A DNA stretch of 64,000 nt, taken from Lama guanicoe. Lineage: Eukaryota. The notes below the pieces were generated by a model. It did not search any database, was not told where the DNA came from, and worked only from the letters and a program-made list of their open reading frames with translations. Positions 1 through 12,457 of this stretch are shown here, one piece after another; positions within the stretch are counted from its first letter, which is position 1, and each line of letters opens with the position of its first letter. The position numbers were made by a program, and so were the translations under genes. The stretch is from NCBI GenBank assembly GCA_013239625.1, contig MU053472.1, positions 1,939,236-2,003,235 of the forward strand. The letters are read 5' to 3'.

Positions 1-190
1 GGGGAGAGTGCAGGGTCTGGAGGCAGACAGCCCCAGGTTTCATTCTACCATTTTTTTTTTCCAAGTTAGCTATGTAACCTCATATAACTATTTAATATTA
101 GTTACCTCCCTGAGCTAGTTTGAGGATTAAATGAGATACCGTATATAACATAGCAGAGTGCCTGATATAGAATAAATGTTCAATAATTGT
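1..190 (+). mobile_element. MIR SINE fragment
   Basis: MIR 3' hallmarks GAGGATTAAATGAGAT...AGAGTGCCTGA...AAATGTTCAATAA. Confidence 0.75.
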
Positions 191-2427
191 TCCATTCTTT
201 TCCCTCGTGTACAAGGAAGAAAAAAAGTCTAATCAATATTTTCCTTGGAAAATATTCTAGACAAATATCTGCTTCTGTGGGCCTGGTTCCTACAATCTTT
301 TCTTGGCTCCAATTCATGTTGACTTTCAGCGAGGACTGCCAAGTCATACCCGAGCTTAGTGAAACGAGCTCGTCTGATAAAGAAATGAGCATCAGGATCT
401 CACTGCATAAAATCATCATTCTTTTTCTTTTTTTTTTCCATCAAGTGGTATATTTCGCAGTGTTTGGGTGTGCAATGCTGTCTTGGGCTTTGTGTGAAAA
501 AAGAGCAAATGACCGTGGTCCTTCCCTTTATCCTAAAAAAACTTTCATTATATTTTTGTAATTAGTGCTTGTGAACTTATACCTCCTCTTGCTAACTGAG
601 CTGGGGAGTAGTTATTAAACCCACCCCCACCCCCCGCAAAAAAGATGAGTCTTTTTCTTGTGAAAACCAGTGTCGCCTTTCATGGATACGTAACTGTTTC
701 CCTTCCTCATGTCTAACGAATTGCTGTTTAATTATCGTTTTTATAAAGATATGAAATCCATATGAGAGCCTGTGTTGTCAGGGTCAGCGTCTCCAAGGGG
801 AAAACTTGTCCTCATTTTCATTAAAATGGCTCTATTCTAGGTAGACCCCGTTTGATCATTAACAAGCAATTTGATGCTTTTCATAGGAACACTTTTGCAA
901 CAACCAAGAGAGCAAATTAGGGATGGTGGTTTGGGATTGAACCTCATTTTTACTCTAGTATTCGGGGCATTAGATATGACATTAAGTGCTAAGGAGAGAA
1001 GCTAAGCGATAGATAAAGGAGACAGATGGCTTTAAAAAGAGACAGGCAGGGACAGAGTGACAGAGAGACCTAAGCCCATTAGTGGACAAAGAAAATGACT
1101 GGTGTGTGAATTTTTAAAGGAGATCTCCTTTCTTGCAGGCTTCTCACAAGGCAAGTCCCTGTGAGCGATGCCATTTAAGGAAAGATATGGGAAAGGAGAA
1201 TTAGTTTCCAGAGGAAAGTGTGAGAAGCACCTTGAGCTTGAATGATTTAACACTGAACTAAGACTGGGTATCTGAGAAGCTGTATCTCAGGCTGGAGAGA
1301 TGAAACAAGAGGCCTAGGACAATTTTCCTGTCTGGCGTCCCCGGGGTTTACCAAGATGACCCTGCCTGTAGATGGTGTTTTCTGAGACTGACATACTTAG
1401 GAAATCTTGTAAAAGACCTAATTGCTCCAATAAGTCTGACTCATAACCCTTTGCACCTTCTGTTGTCGTGGAGTCCACCCCATGCCGTGTTAGAAATTTT
1501 CTGTAACCTAAGCCTATTTAGTCTGTTTTCTCCCATTTTGTAAACACCCTTTTTTCCATAGTTGCAAATGTCTCCACCATTATTTGTTTCGATTTGTAAA
1601 TTGCAGAAAGTCTAGAATAAACAGTGTCCTCACACACGCACATCAGCCATGGCCGGAGATTAACTCTCTCCGGCCAGAGATACATTCAGATGGGGATGCT
1701 CCATGTTGTCTTTATAAAGCCAGAACTCTTAAAGTCAGGTTCTTTTCTTCTTGTCCCCTCTCTGTGAGGATAAGAAAGTTCATTTTTAAATCTCTGCAGT
1801 GGGCTGATAACTTAAAAGATAATCAGAAGTGACGTCAAGACTTTTCTTTCTTCAGAAACTTAAAGGGGGTATTGACTGGTCCCTCAGAAATATTCAGAAC
1901 CCTGAGCAACAGCTGCCATGGTAGGAATTATCTTCGCTGTGGTTGGTGGGTGAGCGAGAGAGTGAATAAATGAATGAATGCCATGTTGCCAAAGCGTATT
2001 ATCCTTGGCAAGAGGCATGAGATGCCCACAGGCTCACAGTCTGATTCTGAATTCGAGGAGGGAGGTGGCAAGGAGGTGAAACATGGAATTTTCCGGAGCG
2101 TAGCCAGGAAGGGCTACGTAAGAGAGGGCTGCTTGACCTGAAACATGACCGTGGGGTAAAAGACTGCTCCCCTTTGTTGTGTTCTCCTCTGTGTCCACGG
2201 ACCTGCCCTAGATAGGTCTGTGTATGCTCAGAGCTCACTGAAAACCCAACACCTCCACCCCCTAAAAAAAGTGGGTCTTGTATCTCTTAAATATTTAATA
2301 TCCTGTCCTACATTTTGTGTCTGGAAAGAAACCGTTACTCGCTTGTAGATGTCACTCAGGCCACAGATCTTCTGTCACTCACCTAAGAGTCAATATTTCC
2401 AGTCAAATATTTGATCTCGGGCACCAG

Positions 2428-3965
2428 TACAGACATCAAGATGGTATAGTGCTGGCATAAAGACAGACAAATAGATCAATGGAATAGAATCGAGAGTCTA
2501 GAAAGAAACCCTCATGTATGGTCAACTGATGTTCAACAAGGGTGCCAAGACAATTCTTTGGGAAAAGAATAGTTGTTTCAACAAATGGTGATGGGACAGT
2601 TACAAGTTCATGTGCAAAAGAATGAAGTTGTTACCCCTACCTCATATCCTAGACAAAACTTAACTCAGAATGGATCAGAGACTTAAATACAAGAGCTAAA
2701 GCTATAAAACTCTTAGAAGAAGACATTGGCATGAATCTCTGTGACCTTGGATTAGGCAATGGTTTCTTAGCTACGACACCAAAAGCAGAAACAAAATTTA
2801 AACATAGAGAAGTTGGGCATCATCAAAATTTAAAACTTCTGTGCTTCGAAGGACAGTATTACAAGGTAAAAAGATAACCCACAGAATAGGAGAAAATTTT
2901 TGCAAGTCAGATATCTGAAAAGGAAATTTTATCTATACTACGTAAATAACTATTACAACTCAATAATGAAACGACAGATAACCCAACTGAAAAATGGGCA
3001 AAGGATCTAAATAGACAGTTCTCCAAAGAAGATACACAAATGGCCAATAATCGTGTGAAAAGATGCTCAACATTATTAACTATCAGGGAATCACACAAGT
3101 CAAAGCCACAGTGAGATACCACTCTGCACCCACTAGCGTGGCTACAGTCAAAAAGGCAGATAATAATAAGTGTCAGCGAGGATGTAGAGAAATTGGAACT
3201 GCCTTTGAGAACGTAAAACGGTGTTGCTTCTTTGGCAAGCTGTCTAGCAGTTCCTCAACTGGTTAAGTATAAGTTACCGTATGATCCAGCAATTTCATAC
3301 CTAGGTAAAAACCCAAGAGACATGAAGACATGTCCACACAAAAGCTTGTACACAAATGTTCATGGCAGCATTAATCCCAGATAATACTTAATAGTCATTA
3401 ATAGCCAAGAAGTAGAAGCAACTGTCTATCAACCGGTTAAAGGATGTACCCAAAGTAACTGAAAGCAGGAACTCAAACAGGTAGTTGTGTGCATTAGTCA
3501 CACCAGCTAAAAGATGGAAATAACCCAAGGGTCCATGAATAGGTTAACAGACAAACATAATGCGGTATGTCCATTCAACGGGATATTACTGAGCCATTAA
3601 AAAAAAGAATGAAGTCCTTTTACATGCTACGACATAGATGAACCTTGAAAACATTTGTCACTGAAAGTAGCCAGTCACAAAGGACCACCGATTGTGTGGT
3701 TCCGTTCATATGAAATGTCCAGAATAGGCCAAGAAAAGAGACAAAAAGTAGATTAGTGGTTGCCTGGGGCTGGGGGATGGGAAGTTTGGGAGGTGATGGC
3801 TAAGGGGTACAGGGTTTCTTTTTGAAGTAATTAAACTGTTCTAAAATAGATGGTTACCCATTCTGTGACTATACCAAAAGCTGTTGAATTGGACCCTTTA
3901 AAGGGACAGAAAGTATGGTAGGAAAATTATATCTCAATAAAGCTGTTTTTTTTTTTTTTAAAAAA
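2428..3965 (+). mobile_element. 5'-truncated L1 (L1MB-like): degenerate ORF2 C-terminus, 3'UTR and poly(A)
   Basis: Translates WHKDRQIDQWNRIESLE (L1 ORF2-like) near 2454; 3'UTR GAAATGTCCAGAATAGGC...TTAGTGGTTGCC...TATCTCAATAAAGCTG followed by a T/A tail; reading frame broken by stops and frameshifts. Confidence 0.92.
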
Positions 3966-4894
3966 GGAGTGCAAGGTAGGACTGACTCTCTGAACAGAAT
4001 AGAAACTCTTGCTTACTTCTTCTTTTCCTTAGTCAGCAATTCCCTTTGGGGACAGGTGTGTGAGCAGTTGAAGACTTTTCAATCTGCTTTTTATCATTGG
4101 AGTTCTTCTTGAATGGCAACTTCTGCCTCACTTTTTGTGGCCAAAAGATTCACTAGGTATTGCTTGTATTCTGCAGGTTTTTCCCTGGGGCCTTGCAGAG
4201 GACAGTTTTAGAAAAACTGTGTGTCTTAGTGTTGATGTGGCCCAGTGTCTCTGTCCGCTTGTTCCCAGCACTGCCACTGGGATAAGCGCGTGTTACATTT
4301 GCTCCTGATTCCTTGGAGGACACAGAGTTATTCAGCCCATCTTGGAATAGACCACAAACCATGTTTAAAGTAGCAGGCCAAGCCATTGGGCCTCCATGGT
4401 GAGGTGGCATTAATCTCTCTGCTTGGATAAAAAAAAGCCGGCCAGGTAACCACAAGCCACGTTGGGCTTGGCTGTTTCAGACTAGCTGGATGTCTGAGAT
4501 GGTGAGAGTTTTGCTAAACCTCCTTTGGCTCACTCTTTGTCTCTCTCCCACTCTCTATGTTAACTCTTTGTTTAGTTTAGCTCCAGGGCTTCGAGTGCAT
4601 TTTTTTGGTTAGACGTTCGTCCCTGGGATATTCTCTCCCCATGGTCAGAGTAGAGTTGTAAGGGATCTGAGAATGCTTATAGTAAGAGCTCCTTACTTTA
4701 CCCTTGAGCACCATGGATGCCCAGAGAAAAGCAATTGTAGTCTGTTAAAAGTCCAGGAGGCTACTGGATGCTACTGAGTTCCAGGAGTTTGTAGAGGCAA
4801 AATAATTACTTCACAGCTTTTAATTGGCACAGCTTGGGCACGGAGGAGTCCTCACTGACTTACCTTTGGAAGGGAATGTAAAGTGGTTGACCTG

Positions 4895-5110
4895 GTAGAA
4901 AGAACATCTAATTTGGAATCAGAGGATCTGGGTTTGAGTCACAACTCAACCACTTACATTTCGCATCTTGGGTGAGTAACTTAAATTTTCTGAGCTTCAA
5001 ACGTACAGATCTGTATAACAGGAAGGAATGAGAAAGTAGGACCTTCCTTGGAATGTGATTGTAAAGATCTGGTGAAATGAGGGATGTAAAAGCTTCTCGT
5101 AACCTGAAAG
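4895..5110 (+). mobile_element. MIR SINE
   Basis: GGAATCAGAGGATCTGGGTTTGAGTC...CTTGGGTGAGTAACTTAAATTTTCTGAGCTTCA core. Confidence 0.75.
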
Positions 5111-5399
5111 GAAAGGTATATTCACGTGAAAAGATTGGTACTATTCGTGTGCGCACGCGTGCGCGCCCAGTGAGACATGCCCCGCCCCCCGTCGAGTACA
5201 CTCTTACAACAGGTGAGTGTTTACGTGGGCAGCACCAGAGCCCAGGGTTCTGCCGGCTCTTCTCATGCATGTCTGCTCATTTGCGCAGCAAAGTGGAGCC
5301 ATATGGGTAACCCTGGACTTTTAACAGGTCAGAGGCTTTTTCCAGCAAGTCTCAACTCATTGGCCTACTTTATTCCCATGGTATCTCAGCTTTTTGAAT

Positions 5400-6435
5400 A
5401 GATATTACATACTATGCAATTGCAGAAGAAAATGAGGCACAAAATGGTATGTAGGGAAGAGTCTCCCTCTCCTGTCCCCTAGCCTTTCCCCAGAGGCAGT
5501 CACTGTTACCAGTTACCTGCGTGTCAGTCCAAGGATATTCGGTGCACATACAAACATCCTTTTTTTTTTAATGTCAGAAGGACACCCTACTATGCACACT
5601 CTATTGTACGTTAGTTTTATCATATGTCAATATATCTCAGATAGTTTTTCTTTTTTAAAGCATTTATGGAATTCCCTTATTGTTTTTAGAGACAAGAAGG
5701 TTTGCATTGCAATGATCTGTTATGATTTACTTAGAACCCCTATTGTTGGCCCTATAGATGGTTTTCAATCTTTTTCCATGATAAACAAAGCTAAAGTAAA
5801 TATCCTTTTACATCTTTGAGCATTTGCATAATTGTAGCTATGTGATTAGTTCCTAGGAGTAAAATTCCCAAGTCAAAGGGTATGTGCATTTATAATTTTA
5901 TTTTCTAATGCCAAATTTTCCATCATAGTTGTTATGCTAACTTATGCTCCCACCGACAATATATGAGGGTGCTTTTTTCTCTATACCTTTTCAAATCAGC
6001 ATGTTATCACATTTTTTGAGTTTTCTCAGTCAGATAGAGTCAATGTGATATTTCATTGTAATTTTAATTTGCGCTTTTCTCTTAGACCGGCATTCAGCGT
6101 CTTTCCGTGTATTTACATTACGTACTTTTTTCATTCTCTGTCCATGTTCTTTGCTCATTTTTCTATGGTTATTGGGATTGGTCTCATATTGATTTGGGGA
6201 AGCTTTCTACATACTAAGCAAATTAGCATTTTGTAGATATATGATAAATATTTTCCTATTTTGTCAATATCTTTTAACATGTCTGTGATACTATTTACCA
6301 TACAATATTTTAAGTTTTTATATGTCTTAATTTATCAGTGATTTTTAACAGTTTTGAGAGTTTGCATCATACTTAGAATAACTTTCTCCCCCTCTCTATT
6401 GATTACAAAATTCTCCTATGTTTTCATGATAAATC
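5400..6435 (-). mobile_element. Old L1 (L1ME-like) 3' fragment, antisense
   Basis: TTCCCCAGAGGCAGTCACTGTTACCAGTT, TTCCTAGGAGTAAAATTCCCAAGTCAAAGGGTATG and ATTGTAATTTTAATTTGC match the reverse complement of the L1 ORF2 end and 3'UTR. Confidence 0.8.
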
Positions 6436-6549
6436 TTCACATTCTCTTATTCACCCTTCTGATACTCCCTTTTTGCAGGAAGGTTGCACACATAATAGAT
6501 GCTCAAGAACGTTTTTCCTAAACAACTATTTCCATTTAGGCTTTTTCGT

Positions 6550-6700
6550 CTAGTGGAAGAAACACTGAATTTGGATTCCAAATACCTCACTGACCAACTG
6601 TAACATATAGATACCTGTTTATCTACCGTGTACCTGCCTGTTGGATTTCTGTGACCATCTAATAAGACCACATGAAATAATACATGAGAAAGTACTTTTT
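6550..6700 (+). mobile_element. Degenerate MIR
   Basis: TAGTGGAAGAAACACTGAATTTGGA head and ATGAAATAATACATGAGAAAGTACTTT tail. Confidence 0.55.
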
Positions 6701-8490
6701 ATAGGAATCATTTGGGATGGTTTCTCAGTGAACATGTTCATACGTGCTTTTGCTATTTTTTTTTCCCCAGTTGGTCTCAGGTTCAAAATAAAATTTATCT
6801 CTAGGAAAAAGCAAACCTCATAAATGTGAGATTTCCTTTATTGCTTCTTTGGGAACATCTGACCAATGTGAAGTCTTTACTGAGCCTCCTGGTTGGGCGT
6901 GGAAAAAGGAGGGGAAGACTGGGTCTTTAATGAGAGGGTCTTTCCGAGTGTCCAGACTGGTCACTTTTAAGAGTTGGATGGTTGGGAAAAGTGGGCAGGG
7001 CCTTCGGTTAACATGGAAGGACAGAGAACCCAGTTCACTGGGGTTGTGCTGAAAGAGTTCAAAGGCAAAATCTTTGGGGAACTAAAGTTGGTTTACTCTT
7101 AGATGTGACTTCCTGTGTCAGCAAGGGAAAATTCCCTTGCTTGACCTACGAAGGCTCCAAGGACATGTTAAATGCCTAAGTTATAGAAAGTTATGTTTGG
7201 ATTGGTCCCTGTTGATAAAATAGAAGAGCTGGGTTGAATGAGAAAGAAGGAAGCCTGTGAACACAGAGGGCTGTGGACCAGATCCTTCTCAAAGTTGCTG
7301 TAATTCAGTTGGAGAAGAACTGAACGCTATTATTTTGGGTTCTATCCTGGTTTAATGAATTGGAAAAATTATATTATCCCTTTATCTATCTAAAATGTGA
7401 ATTTTTAACTTTTTTTATTGAGGTAACTTATATATATATATATTTGACTGGAATTTTTCCCATCTTTAAAATGTAAAACAAAGCAGCCCATGGCATCTTA
7501 TGTTTACATAATGCCACGATGTTGTGATGTTCTAACAGTGGAAGCTGTGATGGTTATTTCGCTTTTCTTTGCTCTTTATGTGGTGAAAACGGCTGGGCCA
7601 CTAGGATGCTCAGTGGTACTACCTAGTCCCTTCAGAGATTTTACCGATTTATTTATTTTTTAATACCAACAAGACCATTTGGGCTGGAAAAGTACCGATG
7701 AATCTAATTAGTCTTGGTTTCCTACAGTAGATCCACGCAGCTCTTTATTAAGCACCCACTTCGTGCCAGGCACATGATATTTGTTTCACTGTCCCTCTCT
7801 GTCCCTATTTGGGAGGAAGCAGAGGTGACAAAGGGATGGCCAAGTGAATTTAGAGGGGATTTGTACCAAAATGAGGTTAAAAAAAAAAAGTTGATTGATT
7901 TTCAGCAGTTAGAACGCGAGAACTGTCGTTCAGGTTAGACCTTGAACTCCCTCACCTGGGCCCCTCTCATCATGCCTTTGGTGTTAGGCTCTGTGGAATC
8001 AGCGGAGCAGCCCGGAGCTGCGTTGCTTTCTTGCTCTTTGGCTCTCCAGCTGAGCTTTGGAGGGTGTCATTGAGACTTCACCTCTCCTGCTTTTTCAGCC
8101 GGCCTGGGCATTGCTTTGTTCCCGTCAGGCCGCACTGATATTTGTAAACATGGACAGGAGGAACCCTCAGGGGAGTGGTCAGGACTTCCGCGGGGGGAGC
8201 CCATACCCCTCCCGCTCACCGTAAAGTGAGCGATTTGTCCAGGCAGGACAGGGCACAGCACACTGACATAGTGACCCGAGGCCTCCTCAGGACGCAGAAA
8301 CTTCCCTGGCACCTGTTTGCTGAATGGTTGGGTGAACGATGTTCTCCAGCAGTTGTCACCAAGGCCCTCTCCTGGCTGTCTGGTCTGTAGGCTTCTAGAA
8401 GCCTTGTTGCCCTGAATTCCTGCCCTCAGTCTCTGCTCAGATGCCGCCGCTCTCTCCTGACCCACTGCCTGGCTCTGACCTCGGGGCCTC

Positions 8491-8510
8491 TTCTGCCCCC
8501 TGGTGACTCA
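8491..8510 (-). promoter_or_regulatory. CTCF-like motif overlapping an AP-1 site
   Basis: Minus strand reads GAGTCACCAGGGGGCAGAA (CTCF core CCACCAGGGGGC); TGACTCA at 8504-8510. Confidence 0.45.
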
Positions 8511-8879
8511 AACCAGCTACCCTGGATCTGCCTCCACCTCAGTAGACCAGGGACGACAGGAGCCAGAGAAAAGGAAAAAAGTATCCCCTGCGAGTTGAAT
8601 TGGGTGGCGTCCTTTGCCTTCCCATCCTCCTGGGCTGTTTTATCTTGCTACAATGGAAGAGATACAGTTATGCTATTTAGTGCCTGGCAGAGTAGGTGCT
8701 AACACACGTGTGTTAGACAAGAACCCAGTGCAGCTTGCCCAGCCCAGAGCAGCCCCCTGGTCTGAATACTGGCCTTTGTTTTTTGCTGATTTCCAACAGG
8801 TGTCAGTTACACTTTCTTGGCCCTAAAGCGTGGAGCGCCGCGTGTTTGGTTCAGTTTACCCATCGGCTCTAGACTAGAC

Positions 8880-9125
8880 TGGAGGTTTGACTCAGTGAAA
8901 ATGTTTACTTCTCTAATTAAGCAGAATTAAGGTCTGGACTCAAAACTGTCTTGGGCTGTGCTCGGCATAATTGAGATGCATGGGCTTTGTGTAAATAATG
9001 TCCCTCTAATTGGCTTTGATTAAGTGCAAATTAGGATCACACTTCACTCCAGTGTGATTTACATTCCTAAGCCCTTTTACTAACTGAAGTAGTGTGGGTG
9101 GCCGATAAGGCTGTTTATCCAGGAT
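8880..9125. promoter_or_regulatory. Candidate enhancer (dense TF motif cluster)
   Basis: No recognisable repeat; TGACTCA, TGTTTAC, TAATTA, two TAATTG, GTAAATA, ACATTCCT and GATAAG within about 240 bp. Confidence 0.4.
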
Positions 9126-10209
9126 GCGGAGAGAGCTAGGAACTGGGGAGCTGCAGTTTTCCGAAGGTAGAGAGCCTACGGCGGAGAGCCCCAGGTCTGA
9201 CATCTTCCTTCCCATTTCTGGTCCCTACTTTGGGTGAATCAGCTTAGTCTCCTCAATTTTATAGCTCCACCACTTACTCTTTGATTTTTAAGACGTAGGA
9301 AGCTTGTCTTTAAAAATAATAATAATAAAAGCCAAGTGAATACTGGCGTTTGCCTTGTGGGACCTCAGACCTGAAACCGGCGCCAGGCCTTGGCTGTCAG
9401 AATTTTGTGATACCTTGGTTACTCGTTGACCAGAAATATTTCATAAAAGGAAACACCTGGTGGGAAGTTTCCTCCAAAGAGTTCCCAGCGTGCGGGTGCG
9501 AGTCAACAGACTGCTTACAAAGTGGCTTAACTCCACACATCCTCTTCCCGGATTGCTTTGCAGTATTCGAAGGGAAAGTCTTTGCCATTGGCCCTTCGTG
9601 AGCCCGGATGGGGCACGTGACACATTTTTTCTTGCGCATAAATCCTCTGAATCTGCATCTGAAAGGCATCATATGAGTTGGAGCAACAGTTGCTGAGTTT
9701 GTCTTGATGTCGGCTCCTAACCCCGAGGGTGGTGACGTCTGGCAGGCACAGGAAAGGCCTCGGGTTAGTGCAAACCTGGTGAATTGACCCCCAGAGGAGG
9801 ACTGGGACGTGGTATTATGACCCTGCAGGCCACAGACAGCTCGACCTAGAAGGGGTTTCTCCAGATTTTCTCACGTTTGCATGCTGCTACTTGGTGAGGG
9901 ACCAAGAAATAACATGACAAAATAGGGACTTACACACTGACCGCTAACAGTGCGCCAGGATCCGTGGGAATGCTGTTAAGAGGTGTGATGTGTAACATGC
10001 TCACTTCCCAGCCTGATGAAAGAGTCACCCAGAGCGTCACAGAGGGACTCCTTGACGTGTCCCCTTCAGAGAAGGCTGGGCTGCAAAGACGTTTGGACTC
10101 TAAACTCTGCCCTGGGCCCACTCGAGTGAGGAGGCAGCCCATTTAGACAAGCCACACTCCGGCCAGAGTGAGGAAAGACAGAGAAGGCTTTCTAGGCCCT
10201 GTAAAGTAC

Positions 10210-10335
10210 ATCCATTCATTTCTTCATTCTGTAAACATCTGTGGGCCACCTACTGAGCCAGACGCTGGAGATGTGACTAGGAATAAGCGACAGACTCTAC
10301 CCCAGGAGAGCTCTATCTGGTTGGGGAACAGATCT
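10210..10335 (-). mobile_element. L2 3' end
   Basis: CATTCATTTCTTCATT...CACCTACTGAGCCAGACGCTGGAGATG...GAATAAG. Confidence 0.7.
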
Positions 10336-10544
10336 GTCTAGAGCTAAATGGTAACCAAATGTGGTCTGTGCCGTGGCCAACATGAGGAAGCACACGGTGG
10401 CGGCCATCGTGGGGAAAGCTGTTGGCCATACAGTGCTGGTTCAGAGCCCTCTCGGGCCACGTGTTGTTCCCCCAAAGTGCACTTCTTATCCTTTTCACTT
10501 GAGTGGGACCAGCACATGAATTTCTGAAGACAAAACAGCAGTAA

Positions 10545-10760
10545 CTACAATAATTAAGAACAGTTGTTCAGTATGTACCACGTGCCATTCTAAGGTCTTT
10601 TGTTCATTCTTGGAATCAAATCTTCGTGGTATTTGATGGAGACAATTATTATTCCTATTTTAAGAGGAGTAACCTGAAGCTTGGTGATGAAGTAGCTCGC
10701 CAAAGACAGGAACCTGGCCTTGGACTTGAGTCTGAGGTCGCCACAGCTCATGACTACTGT
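10545..10760 (-). mobile_element. MIR SINE
   Basis: ATTATTATTCCTATTTTAAGAGGAGTAACCTGAAGCTT...GAAGTAGCTCGCCAAAG (antisense core). Confidence 0.65.
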
Positions 10761-10774
10761 TCTCCTTCATCAGG

Positions 10775-10890
10775 GTGCGATGGACTGTGAGTCGGAAGCT
10801 CTGGGCTCTGGTCCCGACTCTCACCAATGGGCTGTGAGCTCTTGAGCAAGTCACTTCCTGTCTCTGCCTCGGTTCCCTCGCTTGCCTCCC
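10775..10890 (+). mobile_element. MIR SINE
   Basis: GGACTGTGAGTCGGAAGCTCTGGGCTCTGGTCCC...CTTGAGCAAGTCACTTCCTGTCTCTGCCTCGGTT. Confidence 0.75.
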
Positions 10891-12457
10891 CATCAAGGGA
10901 GACGCTCAGTCAGCTTCTTGAATCACAGAAAACGCCTGGGCTGCGGCTAGGGAAAGGGTATGGGCTTTTGCTGCCTGCTGTTGCTTCCGTCAGTTGTGAA
11001 TTTTGCGACCCTGACTTGCCACCTGCCAGCCCTGAAGTAAGTGATGTTGGTCTTTGTCCATCTCGACCTGAAGAGTTGATTCCAGAAAGCTTCTTAAAGT
11101 AGGGAGAGCTCTGTCTCTTCCTTTGTCAGGAGTGGCCCAGGCAGCAGAGAGGGGCCCAAGGTTATGGGGCACAAGGGCTTCGTCCCAGGGCCACCTCGGC
11201 TGCAGGTTGTCCCAGCTGTACGTCGGCACATGCTTTCCGCTTCAGGTCTCCTGTCAGGCCTTGCTGGTACACGCAGTGCTCTGATCTTTCAAAAGATGTA
11301 GTTCAGCCCGAGACCTTGACTCGGGTATGTTCTCCTAGACTCCCGGTGGGCTAGGATGATAGTTTCCTCGTCTGAGTGACAAGAGACAAGGAACCATGTC
11401 GGAGGCAACCACCAAATATGGCCCCCCCGAGGGCCAAGAAGTCTCCCTTCCTTCCCACCCCTTGGGTCTGCTTGTTGGAACAGCTTGTTTCAGACTCTTC
11501 GTGTTGTCTCCTCCTTCTAATCATATTCTGGAGCTTTGACCTTGAGTTGTATTTCCAAGTGGTAAGCATCACATCGGAGAGGATGCAGCCACGGTGACTC
11601 AGCTGGCTCGCTCGGGGGGGGGGGGAAGGGTGCTGACCCAGGAAATTCTCACCCACTCACTAGGAGGGGCTCCACTTCTGACCTCTCCCCAACATCTTCA
11701 GATGAGCCCAGTTTGGTTTTTAGCCCCTTTTTTTTTTTTTTTTTTTTGCTCTCTGCTTTTAATTTCCCAGCAGCAGACAGAGTCATTTCCCTCCATGTGC
11801 ATTACTGCCATATACGAAAGCATTCTCTTCTCCGAAAGCCAATAAACTGGCTTTAATGGGTGTGCTGGCAGTTGGCAGCTAAAGAGTTAAAAGTTTCAGC
11901 AGGCAGACTGGCCAGCAGGAGTTAGTGGTGTGGAGTAAGAGGGACGCCAGGCTGTCTCTAAACTTTTTGGCCCTCCCCAAGTACAGAGATGAAGGAAGAG
12001 CCTCTATAAATCACTGGAGATTAGAGACCCTGTTCTTGCCGACTCTACGGGGTTGCACTGCTTAATGTCAAAGCCTCACGTATTACTTTAACAGCACTCC
12101 TTTTCTTTATTAAATCCACTTTGAAATAAAAAAAAAATGATGATCTTTCCAGTAAGGGGGAGAAGGCTAAAAGGATTTAGAAAGTATCTGCTATGTTACA
12201 TTACAGAGACTAATAACTGTTTAGGGAGTAAGTAACATTTTTGCACCATCTTAAGCCATAAAAATGAAAAGATGTATAAAGGTCTGTTCCTTAAAATCAA
12301 TTTGTTTGAGCATTTATTTTGCCCCGTGTCCTTGCCTTCAGATTCCTTCAGAGAGTGAGCACGGGGCCTGGGAACTGGAGGCGTGAGTGCTTATGACCCA
12401 AAAGTCTGGAAACAAGCTCTTAACGGAATTGTTCAGAAACGAGGGTGTTTCACTGGG

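Noticed and set aside
2907..3266. ORFs with L1-like peptides
   Set aside because: Fragments of a dead L1 ORF2 or its antisense frame, not genes
10545..10890. Adjacent inverted MIR pair as a miRNA-like hairpin
   Set aside because: The copies are too diverged; I could not trace a continuous stem
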